This document shows positions 7,524 through 15,521 of a stretch of DNA of 20,000 bases, piece after piece. The position numbers and the translations under genes were made by a program. The notes beneath the pieces are model-generated. The model was not told where the DNA came from, made no database searches, and saw only the letters and a list, made by a program, of their open reading frames with translations. The stretch lies in the sequence record DRR378314_1079; one strand, written 5' to 3'. Positions within the stretch are counted from its first letter, which is position 1; every line of letters begins with the position of its first letter.

Positions 7524-8786
7524 TTACAGCCCGAAGCTGCCGTAGGGGATAAACCGCACCGGGGTGCCCGGTTCTATCTGCTGGGGACTTTCATCCAGCT
7601 CCACCAGGCCTTCGGACCACGCCAGCCCGGTCACCCGGCCTGATCCCTCGGAACCAAACACCTCGACCTGTCCGTCCCGGACGCGTGCACGCAACATCTC
7701 GCTGCGCCCCGGCTTCTTGTTCTTGGAAAAATTGGCGGGCATGAGGTAGGCCTGCGGCTCGAACCATTCACCTCCCGCTAACAGGGCCATGGCCGGTGCA
7801 CCAAAGCGCAATGCACAGACCCAGGCAGCCACCGGATTCCCGGGTAGCCCAACCACCGGGGTTCCCTGGAACATGGCCAGCGCCAGCGGGCGGCCCGGTT
7901 TGATGGCGATGCGCCAGTTGCTGATGTCACCGTGCGCTTTCAGCGTTTTCGATACGTGGTCTTCGTCGCCGGCCGACACACCGCCGCTGGTCAGGATCAG
8001 ATCGCATTGCTCTGCACCTCGCTCCAGCGCTGCCTTGACCTCTTCGGCCCGATCGAGCACATGACCAAGGTCCACCAGGTCATAGCCGAGTTGCGTCACC
8101 AGGGCACTCAGCATCGGGCGATTTGCGTCATAGATCTGCCAGTCGGTGACCGCTGAGCCGACAGGCTTTACTTCATCACCCGTGGACAAAACGCCAACCC
8201 GCAGCCGCTGATAGACATCGACCGATTCGATACCCACGCTGGCAAGGACCGATATCTGGGTTGGCGTCAGGCGAGTGCCTGCCGTGAGGATGCGATCCCG
8301 GGCCTGGATGTCTTCACCGGCTTTGCGCGCGTTGGCGCCGGCTTTTAGTGTGCCGTTCAGTTGGAGTTGTCCACCGACAACCTCGCAGTCCTCTTCCAGC
8401 ACCACCGTATCCGTGCCCGCCGGGATGACTGCGCCCGTCAGGATCCGGATAGCGTGGCCTTCGGGCACACGCCCCAGGAATGGCTCCCCGGCGGCACTGC
8501 GGCCGTCGACCAGGGGCAGGGTGCAGGGCACGTTCGTCAACGGCCCTGCGAAGGCATAGCCATCAACCGCGGAATTGTTGCTGGGCGGGTGCGCGCGGGG
8601 TGCATGGACATCGCTTGCCAGGATCCGGCCATTAACCTGCGAGAGCGGAACCGAGCGCTCTACGCCCACGACCGGATGCAGCCGTGAGCGCAGCCGCTCC
8701 AGCGCCTCTTCCACCGGTGTCCAGTTCACCCCGGGGGGCAGGGCGAAACAATCGTTGCGAAGCGGAGTTGTTGTTTTGCCGTTCAT
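7524..8786 (-). CDS. moeA: Molybdopterin molybdo/tungsto-transferase MoeA
   Basis: NSAVDGYA, RILTGA, STGDE, TSGGVSAGDED, IKPGRP, LPGNP motifs. Confidence 0.96.
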   Translation of the reverse strand: MNGKTTTPLRNDCFALPPGVNWTPVEEALERLRSRLHPVVGVERSVPLSQVNGRILASDVHAPRAHPPSNNSAVDGYAFAGPLTNVPCTLPLVDGRSAAGEPFLGRVPEGHAIRILTGAVIPAGTDTVVLEEDCEVVGGQLQLNGTLKAGANARKAGEDIQARDRILTAGTRLTPTQISVLASVGIESVDVYQRLRVGVLSTGDEVKPVGSAVTDWQIYDANRPMLSALVTQLGYDLVDLGHVLDRAEEVKAALERGAEQCDLILTSGGVSAGDEDHVSKTLKAHGDISNWRIAIKPGRPLALAMFQGTPVVGLPGNPVAAWVCALRFGAPAMALLAGGEWFEPQAYLMPANFSKNKKPGRSEMLRARVRDGQVEVFGSEGSGRVTGLAWSEGLVELDESPQQIEPGTPVRFIPYGSFGL

Positions 8787-9274
8787 GATGTTCCTGGGCT
8801 CAGAATAAAATCAGCGATGGCAGAGACGTTGTCCACGTCGAAAACCGGGCCCTGGAAATCCGCAGCATGGTCCGCCACTACGGCAATGATACTGTCGTCT
8901 TCGAGGTATAGGGGCGCACTCGCGCAATCCTGACGATGCACTTCGATCTTGGGGTGTGCATGGGTTTTGAAGCCCTCGACCACCACCCAGTCACAGGGCG
9001 CCAACCGGCCCAGCAATTCATCCAGCGTCGGCTCATTGGTGCCATGCAACTCGTGCATGATGGCGAAGCGCTGCCCACCCGCCAGGATCACCTCACGCGC
9101 CCCGGCATCCCGGTGTTTGTAGCTGTCGGTACCGGGCTGGTCAACGTCCACCCCATGATGAGCGTGCTTGATCGAGTTCACCGTTAACCCCCTGCGGGAC
9201 AGCTCGCGAATCAGGGCCGCAGCCAGCGTGGTCTTTCCGGTATTTTTCCAGCCCACAATGCCAATGACGTTCAC
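8783..9274 (-). CDS. mobB: Molybdopterin-guanine dinucleotide biosynthesis protein B
   Basis: GWKNTGKTT P-loop, IKHAHH, GTDS, VEGFK. GTG start overlapping the mobA stop. Confidence 0.95.
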   Translation of the reverse strand: MNVIGIVGWKNTGKTTLAAALIRELSRRGLTVNSIKHAHHGVDVDQPGTDSYKHRDAGAREVILAGGQRFAIMHELHGTNEPTLDELLGRLAPCDWVVVEGFKTHAHPKIEVHRQDCASAPLYLEDDSIIAVVADHAADFQGPVFDVDNVSAIADFILSPGTS

Positions 9275-9858
9275 TTCAGATGCTTCTCCGCCCAGGCCAG
9301 GTCTTCCGGTGTATTGATGTTGAAAAAGTCGTCCTCGTCAAACATGACCAGTGTCTCTCCCTGAACTTGTGTCCACTGGCGAATCTTGCGTACGCCATCG
9401 TTCAGGGCGGCCCGAAGATCATGCCTCAACGCCACCTGCCAGCGGCCGAAGGTCGGTTGGGGCAGTCGGCCACGTTCCGGGTCCGGTGTGGCCGCCAAAA
9501 CGACCGGCGTCTCATGTCCGGCCAATCGTGCAGCCAGGTCCCGGGGAAAAGATGGGGTGTCCGCGGCAACGCTGATCAACCACTCATACCCCTGTTCGGC
9601 GGCCCAATCCATGCCTGCCAGAATACCGGCCAGCGGGCCTGGGAAATCCGCGATAGAGTCGGCCACCACCGGCAGACCCAGGTCATCAAACCGGCTCAGG
9701 TCGCCATTGGCGTTCAACACCACGGCGTCAACCTGCGGCGTGATGCGCTCGATGACCCGCTGGATCAATGACTGATCACCCAGCATCAATCGTCCCTTGT
9801 CACCGCCGCCCATCCGGTTTGCCTGGCCGCCCGCCAGGATGACCGCGCACTCAGTCAT
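9271..9858 (-). CDS. mobA: Molybdenum cofactor guanylyltransferase
   Basis: ILAGGQANRMGG.DK, GPLAGI, DTP, FFNINTPEDL. Start set at ATG 9858 (AAGGAG RBS). Confidence 0.95.
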   Translation of the reverse strand: MTECAVILAGGQANRMGGGDKGRLMLGDQSLIQRVIERITPQVDAVVLNANGDLSRFDDLGLPVVADSIADFPGPLAGILAGMDWAAEQGYEWLISVAADTPSFPRDLAARLAGHETPVVLAATPDPERGRLPQPTFGRWQVALRHDLRAALNDGVRKIRQWTQVQGETLVMFDEDDFFNINTPEDLAWAEKHLK

Positions 9859-10720
9859 GCTCGGCTCCTTTTCGACGGTGTTTCTTGTCTTCATCGGGAA
9901 CCTGCGATAGGTCCTGATCGAACACCAGTCGGTGCTGGCCGCTGAGGCAGGTAAACTTCTTGCCCCGCATTCGTCCGATCAGGGTCAAACCGACCTGCCG
10001 GGCAATATCAACGCCCCAGGCGGTAAAGCCGGACCGACTGATCAGGGTAGGGATACCCATGAGGGAGGTCTTGATGACCATTTCGGAGGTCAGGCGGCCC
10101 GTGGTGTAGAGGACCTTGTCGGCCGCAGTTATTCCGTTCAGGTGCATCCAGCCGGCGATCTTGTCGACCGCATTGTGGCGCCCGACATCCTCCATGTACG
10201 CCAGGATTTGGCGGCCCTGGCACAGCGCAGTGCCGTGAATGGCACCGGTTTCCATATACAGACTGGGCGTGTGGTTGATCTGGTAGGAGAGGTCGTAAAA
10301 CGTGCTGGTGTGCACCGGCGTGTCCGGCAGCGACAGGCCTTCAAGCCCCGCCATCATGTCACCGAATACCGTGCCCACGGCGCAGCCCGACGTGCGGGTT
10401 TTCTTTTCCAGCTTGTCTTCGACGTCGGTGACACCGGCGGTTCGGACCACAGCGACTTCCAGTTCTTCGTCGTAGTCGATGCCGGTGACCTGATCGGTGT
10501 CTTTCAGCATGCCCTGATTGAGCAGAAAGCCGAGGGCCAGGTACTCCGGGTGATCGCCAATGGTCATCGCCGTGACGATTTCCTGGCTGTTCAGGTAGAT
10601 GGTGAGTGGGCGCTCCTCAATAACGCTGATCGACTTCCCCTGGCCGGTTTCATCGACGCCCTCGACGGTGCGGGACAGTCGAGGGTCTTTGGGATCGGGC
10701 AGCAGGGGGTTTATCGTCAT
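9851..10720 (-). CDS. fdhD: Formate dehydrogenase accessory sulfurtransferase FdhD
   Basis: E.PLTIYLN, LALGFL, TSGC, TGAIH, EDVGRHNAVDK, TGRLTSEMVIK. Start set at ATG 10720 (GAGAGG upstream); alternative GTG at 10774. Confidence 0.95.
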   Translation of the reverse strand: MTINPLLPDPKDPRLSRTVEGVDETGQGKSISVIEERPLTIYLNSQEIVTAMTIGDHPEYLALGFLLNQGMLKDTDQVTGIDYDEELEVAVVRTAGVTDVEDKLEKKTRTSGCAVGTVFGDMMAGLEGLSLPDTPVHTSTFYDLSYQINHTPSLYMETGAIHGTALCQGRQILAYMEDVGRHNAVDKIAGWMHLNGITAADKVLYTTGRLTSEMVIKTSLMGIPTLISRSGFTAWGVDIARQVGLTLIGRMRGKKFTCLSGQHRLVFDQDLSQVPDEDKKHRRKGAEHD

Positions 10721-10734
10721 TTTTGTTATCGACC

Positions 10735-10780
10735 TCTCTGGAACGCCACCGCCTTGAATGTCGATGCACGTCACCAGAGA
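10735..10780 (-). other. Long imperfect RNA hairpin between tupA and fdhD
   Basis: Minus-strand pairings UCUCUGG/CCAGAGA, GACGU/GCGUU and CAUCG/CGGUG around a 10-nt loop. The 3' arm includes part of the fdhD Shine-Dalgarno. Confidence 0.55.
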
Positions 10781-10785
10781 TTAGC

Positions 10786-11592
10786 CTATTTGGCATTCGG
10801 GAAAAACAGCTGTTGTCCCTCCACCCTGAAGTCGGCAATCGCTTGTTGGCCTTCTTCAGAAATCAGCCAGTCGTGCCATTGCCTGGCCAGATCGTGTTTG
10901 AGGTGTGGATGCTTCTCTTCAGAGAGGATCAGGCTGCCGTACTGGTTGAACAGCACTTCGTCGCCTTCAAAGAGCAGCTTCAGGTTCTGAGGGTTGCCAA
11001 AGGCCACCCAGGTGGCGCGATCCGACATCACGTACGCATCCATGGCGGCGGCGGTGTTGAGCGTTGGGCCCATGCCGCTGCCGAGTTCGCGGTACCAGTC
11101 GTCGTCGGGTTCAACGCCGGCGTCTTCCCAGAAGCGCAACTCGGCGCGATTGGTGCCGCTGTCATCGCCGCGTGACGTGAAGGGCGCCTCGGCATTGGCG
11201 ATCGCTGCGAATGCTTCGGCGGCACTGTTCGCCTCACTGATATTGGCAGGGTCGTCTGCCGGGCCAATCAGCACGAAATCGTTGTACATGACATTGGCTC
11301 GCTCGCTGGCGAAGCCGTTTTCGACAAAACGCTTTTCTCCGGCGGTGTCATGCACCAGAAGGCTGTCGGCGTCACCCCGGCGGGCGATTTCAAACGCTTG
11401 CCCGGTACCCACGGCCACCACCCGCACGTCGATGCCGGTGGCGTTTTCGAATTGCGGTAAAATGGCGTCGAACAGCCCTGAGTTCTCGGTCGAGGTTGTC
11501 GAAGCCAGGGTGATGTAGTCATCGGCGAAAGCGCTGAGCGCCATGCCCATGCTGGTTACACCTGCGAGTATGAGGGTTAAGCCTTTTTTCAT
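10786..11592 (-). CDS. tupA: Tungstate ABC transporter substrate-binding protein
   Basis: Signal peptide, STTSTENSGL, VGTGQA, MYNDFVLIGP..DPA, SRGDDSGT, SDRATW, LFNQY. Confidence 0.93.
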   Translation of the reverse strand: MKKGLTLILAGVTSMGMALSAFADDYITLASTTSTENSGLFDAILPQFENATGIDVRVVAVGTGQAFEIARRGDADSLLVHDTAGEKRFVENGFASERANVMYNDFVLIGPADDPANISEANSAAEAFAAIANAEAPFTSRGDDSGTNRAELRFWEDAGVEPDDDWYRELGSGMGPTLNTAAAMDAYVMSDRATWVAFGNPQNLKLLFEGDEVLFNQYGSLILSEEKHPHLKHDLARQWHDWLISEEGQQAIADFRVEGQQLFFPNAK

Positions 11593-11607
11593 CTTGTTTT
11601 CTCCTTT

Positions 11608-12351
11608 CTAATCCGCCAGTTCCCCGGCAATAAACGCTTGCGCCTCTCGTGAGGCGGGTGCATCGAAAAAGGATTCCGCGGGCGCGTGTTCACGTACCTT
11701 TCCGCCTGAAAGAAACAGCACATCCCCGGCAAGGCGCCTGGCCTGGTGCAGATCGTGGGTGGTCATGACGATGCGCGTTCCCCGCTGATGAAACTCGCGA
11801 ACCGCCGCCTCTACGGCTTTGATCGCCGCCGGGTCGAGTGCGGAGGTGGGTTCGTCCAGAAACAGCACCTGGGGCGATAGCACCCAGGCGCGCGCCAGTG
11901 CCAGACGCTGTTGTTCGCCGCCGGAGAGCACGCGCGCCGGCGTGCTTGTGCAGGAAGAAAGGCCGAAACGTTCAAGCGCCTCACAAGCGAGCTTTACACG
12001 TGTCTTGCGTGGCACATTATTCACCGCCAGCGCGTGAATGAGGTTGGCCAGGGCCGAGCGGCGCAGCAGCACCGGTTGCTGGAACACCATCGCCTGGCGG
12101 GGGCGCCCCTCAACGGACCATGCCACACGGCCCTGAGTAGGCGAGAGTAAGCCGTGAGCCAGCCGTAGAAGAAGACTCTTGCCTGCGCCATTGGGTCCCA
12201 TCACCAGGGTGGGTCCGGTTCCCTCCAGGGTGAACGAACATGGCCCCAGCAGAACCTTATCCTGATGGCTGAAGGCGACGCCTTCAAAGCACAGCGCCGG
12301 TGGTAGGGAAAGAGCGGACGAGGCGTGGAAAGGCGCGTTAAATGAGGTCAT
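11608..12351 (-). CDS. tupC: Tungstate ABC transporter ATP-binding protein
   Basis: GPNGAGKS, LSGGEQQR, LFLDEPT, TTHD. Located between tupB and tupA. Confidence 0.92.
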   Translation of the reverse strand: MTSFNAPFHASSALSLPPALCFEGVAFSHQDKVLLGPCSFTLEGTGPTLVMGPNGAGKSLLLRLAHGLLSPTQGRVAWSVEGRPRQAMVFQQPVLLRRSALANLIHALAVNNVPRKTRVKLACEALERFGLSSCTSTPARVLSGGEQQRLALARAWVLSPQVLFLDEPTSALDPAAIKAVEAAVREFHQRGTRIVMTTHDLHQARRLAGDVLFLSGGKVREHAPAESFFDAPASREAQAFIAGELAD

Positions 12352-13046
12352 CCTACCCGCCTCCTGGTCAGCTCACCCAGCAGATAGGCGCCGGCATTGA
12401 TCAGCATGACCAGCGTCAGCAGAACGATCCCCAGCCCCAGCGCCAGGGGCAGGTTGCCCTTGCCGGTCTCCAGCACAATGGCGGTCGTCATTACCCGCGT
12501 GACCCCATCAATGTTGCCGCCGACCATCATCACCGCGCCCACCTCGGCGCTGGCGCGGCCAAACCCGGCAAGCAGAACGGTTAATAACGCGAAGCGCGCA
12601 TCCCACAACAGGGTGGGCATCATGCGGGAGCGGGACATCCCCAGGGAAATAAATTGCTCGCGGTACTCACCCAGGAGCTCTTCCACCTTCTGGCGCGAGA
12701 GCGCGGCCAGAATCGGCAACACCAGCACCACCTGGGCAATGACCATGGCACCGGGGGTAAACAGGAATCCCCACTCGCCGAGTGGACCGGCGCGCGAGAG
12801 CAGGAGATAGACGATGAGCCCGGCCACCACCGGAGGTAGGCCCATCAGAGCATTGAGCGCAACGATCATGACGCCGCGCCCGGGAAAGCGCCATAGCGCC
12901 ACGGCCGCACCGAGTGGGAACCCCAGGACAGCCGCGATCAGTACCGCCAGAAGCGAGACCTGCAGCGACAGCGCCACGATCTGGAACAGCGAGGCGTCGA
13001 AATTTAACAGTAGCGACAGCGCCACATAGAACGCATTATTTTCCAC
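12348..13046 (-). CDS. tupB: Tungstate ABC transporter permease
   Basis: GLPPVVAGL..YLLLSR.GPLG, GFGRA.AEVGAVMMVGGNI...TRVMTTAI.LET.KG. GTG start with GAGGAG RBS. Confidence 0.94.
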   Translation of the reverse strand: MENNAFYVALSLLLNFDASLFQIVALSLQVSLLAVLIAAVLGFPLGAAVALWRFPGRGVMIVALNALMGLPPVVAGLIVYLLLSRAGPLGEWGFLFTPGAMVIAQVVLVLPILAALSRQKVEELLGEYREQFISLGMSRSRMMPTLLWDARFALLTVLLAGFGRASAEVGAVMMVGGNIDGVTRVMTTAIVLETGKGNLPLALGLGIVLLTLVMLINAGAYLLGELTRRRVG

Positions 13047-13162
13047 AGCTGCGTCTCCTCAATATTGAGCATCGTGGCGTTTCTGACTACGCTTTGCACA
13101 GCTTGCTGAAAAATATGCAGCGAAAAACAGCCCTATGCGTTTCTTGACGGCAGGAGAAACCG

Positions 13163-14047
13163 ATGCCACTTCCCGCTTATCTCACCACGGCCGAAGCCGC
13201 CGAGTATCTGCGCCTGAAAGAGCGCAAGGTTTACGACCTGGTCAGTCAAGGTGTGATCCCCTGTGTACGGGTGACGGGAAAACTGTTGTTTCCACGCCAG
13301 CGTATTGATCTGTGGTTAATGAACCACCTGGAGGGGGATGACGCCGTCAGTTCTCCGATTCCACCGGTGCTGGCGGGAAGCCAGGATCCGCTGTTGGAAT
13401 GGGCCGTGAAAGAGAGTAGCGCGGAACTGGCCTTGCTGTGCCAGGGAAGTGGAGATGGCGTGCAACGGTTGGTCGATGGCCGTGCAATGCTCGCCGGAAT
13501 GCATATCTGGCATGCTGAAAGCCAGAGTTACAATGATCCTGCCACGCTGGGACTGAGCGGGATGCGGGACCTGGTATTGATTCGGTGGGCAAAGCGCCAG
13601 CAGGGGCTACTTCTGGCAGCCGATAATCCTCACCGGATTGCCCGGCTGCAGGATCTGGCCCGCCCCGGCATACGTCTGGCGCATCGCCAGCCCGATGCAG
13701 GCGTCAGCCATTTGCTGCAGGGTTTGTTGGCCCGGCACCGCATCGATGCCGGGCACCTTACCTGGGCCGCTCATCCGTCGCTCAGCGAGGACGATCTGGC
13801 GTTGGCCATTCGCCAGGGCGAAGCGGATGTTGGCGTTGGTATCGAAGCAGCGGCGCGCCGCCAGGGGCTGGCGTTTATTCCGCTGCAGCAGGAGCATTTT
13901 GATCTGGCTATGCGCCGGCGTCACTACTTTGACCCGGCCATGCAGAGGCTGCTGGCGTTTGCCGGTAGCGAGCGCTTTGTAAAACGTGCCGAGGCGTTGG
14001 GTGGTTACGACATCGGTGAGTTGGGACGGGTCGTCTATAACGCGTAA
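13163..14047 (+). CDS. Transcriptional regulator: excisionase/MerR-like HTH fused to a molybdate/tungstate-binding PBP-like domain
   Basis: YLTTAEAAEYLRLKERKVYDLV..G.IP..RVTGKLLFP (HTH_17-like), then GSQDPLL, GS.DG, R.QGL, RQ..AG, L.FIPL..E.FDL, LGGYD (PBP_like). Divergent from tupB. Confidence 0.9.
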   Translation: MPLPAYLTTAEAAEYLRLKERKVYDLVSQGVIPCVRVTGKLLFPRQRIDLWLMNHLEGDDAVSSPIPPVLAGSQDPLLEWAVKESSAELALLCQGSGDGVQRLVDGRAMLAGMHIWHAESQSYNDPATLGLSGMRDLVLIRWAKRQQGLLLAADNPHRIARLQDLARPGIRLAHRQPDAGVSHLLQGLLARHRIDAGHLTWAAHPSLSEDDLALAIRQGEADVGVGIEAAARRQGLAFIPLQQEHFDLAMRRRHYFDPAMQRLLAFAGSERFVKRAEALGGYDIGELGRVVYNA

Positions 14048-14100
14048 GAGTTGCCAATAAGAACGCCAATAAAAAATAGGCCTTTGAACCAGGAGCCCGC

Positions 14101-15246
14101 ATGCCCTTAAACCCAAAAGATCTAGTGAAGGAGGTCAGCGGGGCGCTGGGTGATATCGGTACCCTGCTGCCCCTGAGTCTTGGGGCTATTGCCGTGGCAG
14201 GGCTGGCACCAATACCCGTGCTGCTGGGATTTGCCGCGTTCTACATCGCGACAGGGCTGTATTATCGCCTGCCGGTACCCGTGCAACCCATGAAAGCGGT
14301 TGCTGCGTTGTTGCTGACCACCGAGGTGACGTCTCAGAGCCTGGTTGCAAGTGGTGTGCTGATCGGAGTGATATTGCTGATCCTGGGATCAACCGGGTGG
14401 ATTACCCGGGTGGCACGTCTTGTGCCCGGCTCTGTGTTGAGCGGCCTGCAACTGGGGCTGGGGTTGCTGTTGGCCAACATGAGCCTGGGGTTGATGGCCA
14501 CGTCCGTACCGTTGGGCGTGATCACCTTGGCGGTGTTGGTTATTACCCTCAAGGTGTTGCCGAACTGGCCTGCGGCCCTGATGGGGCTTGGTGTGGCGTT
14601 AGCGATCGGCGCGGTGCTCGGGGCACCGGGACTCACGCTGCCTACGGCAGATTCGGTGGCATTCGCCCCACCTCAGTGGCCAGGCATAGACGATTGGCAG
14701 CAGGCGATTTCCATGCTGGTGTTACCTCAGCTGGCGCTGACGATAACCAATGCCATCCTGCTGACGGCCCTGGTGGTTGGGGATTATTTCGGCGCGCAAT
14801 CGCATCGGGTGTCGCCAGCCCGGCTGTCGGTGACCACGGGCCTCGCCAACCTGCTTCTGGTTCCGCTTGGCGCCTTGCCCATGTGTCATGGGGCCGGAGG
14901 AGTGGCTGCGCACCATCGTTTTGGGGCCCGGACCGGCATGGCGCCGGTTTTGTTGGGAACAGCGTTGCTCATGGTCGCTTTTCTGCCGGGCGGCCTTTCC
15001 TTTATTTCGGCCATTCCGACGGCGGGTCTGGGTGCCTTGCTATTGGTCGCTGCAGTCGAGCTGGCCTTGTCCAGGCGCCTCTGGGCCGCCAAGCCTTCTT
15101 GCTGGCCAGTCATCGCCATAACCGCACTGGTGACCGTCTGGGCCGACCCCTTTTTCGGGCTTCTGGCCGGGGTGGTGGCGGAAACGGTTCGGGCGGCGTG
15201 GGTGCGCGGGGGTAGGGTGGAAACCGAGGATTCTACGGATGTCTAG
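14101..15246 (+). CDS. MOT1-family molybdate (oxyanion) transporter
   Basis: Highly hydrophobic. GALGDIGTLLP, PVPVQPMKAVAA and PMCHGAGG.AAHHRFGART motifs of MOT1/sulfate-like transporters. Confidence 0.9.
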   Translation: MPLNPKDLVKEVSGALGDIGTLLPLSLGAIAVAGLAPIPVLLGFAAFYIATGLYYRLPVPVQPMKAVAALLLTTEVTSQSLVASGVLIGVILLILGSTGWITRVARLVPGSVLSGLQLGLGLLLANMSLGLMATSVPLGVITLAVLVITLKVLPNWPAALMGLGVALAIGAVLGAPGLTLPTADSVAFAPPQWPGIDDWQQAISMLVLPQLALTITNAILLTALVVGDYFGAQSHRVSPARLSVTTGLANLLLVPLGALPMCHGAGGVAAHHRFGARTGMAPVLLGTALLMVAFLPGGLSFISAIPTAGLGALLLVAAVELALSRRLWAAKPSCWPVIAITALVTVWADPFFGLLAGVVAETVRAAWVRGGRVETEDSTDV

Positions 15247-15331
15247 ATGGCGCTCTATTGAGAATGGCTTAGATACTGATTTGCGGCGGGCATAGTCTTG
15301 GCCAGCTTGGTCTCTGATGTGATTGGAACTT

Positions 15332-15496
15332 ATGAAACAGCCTATCACTGGCTATCATAAAGACGAGGAAAACCACTGGGTCGCTCAGTTGGCATGCGGC
15401 CACAATCAGCATGTGCGTCATTCGCCGCCGTGGGTGAACCGCCCTTGGGTCACCTCTGAGGAAGGTAGAGAATCGATGCTCCCGAATACTTGTTGA
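15332..15496 (+). CDS. DUF3565 family small protein, C-terminus apparently frameshifted or truncated (possible pseudogene)
   Basis: Manual translation, 54 aa, below the ORF-track cutoff: MKQPITGYHKDEENHWVAQLACGHNQHVRHSPPWVNRPWVTSEEGRESMLPNTC*. Confidence 0.78.
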   Translation: MKQPITGYHKDEENHWVAQLACGHNQHVRHSPPWVNRPWVTSEEGRESMLPNTC

Positions 15497-15521
15497 GTTC
15501 CTGCCCCAAGTTGATGTGCCA

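Noticed and set aside
8432-8444. 13-bp match CGCCCGTCAGGAT to the tRNA-Arg 3' region (19936-19948) as a possible att site
   Set aside because: It lies inside intact moeA and encodes the conserved ILTGA motif, so it is most likely coincidence.
9932-10990. 352-aa plus-strand ORF and similar long alternative-frame ORFs (1433-2203, 14397-15215)
   Set aside because: They overlap well-supported genes and have no family motifs.
13163-13330. Excisionase as evidence of a prophage or ICE
   Set aside because: The Xis-like HTH is fused to a PBP sensor domain, so it is a regulator; there are no integrase or phage genes.
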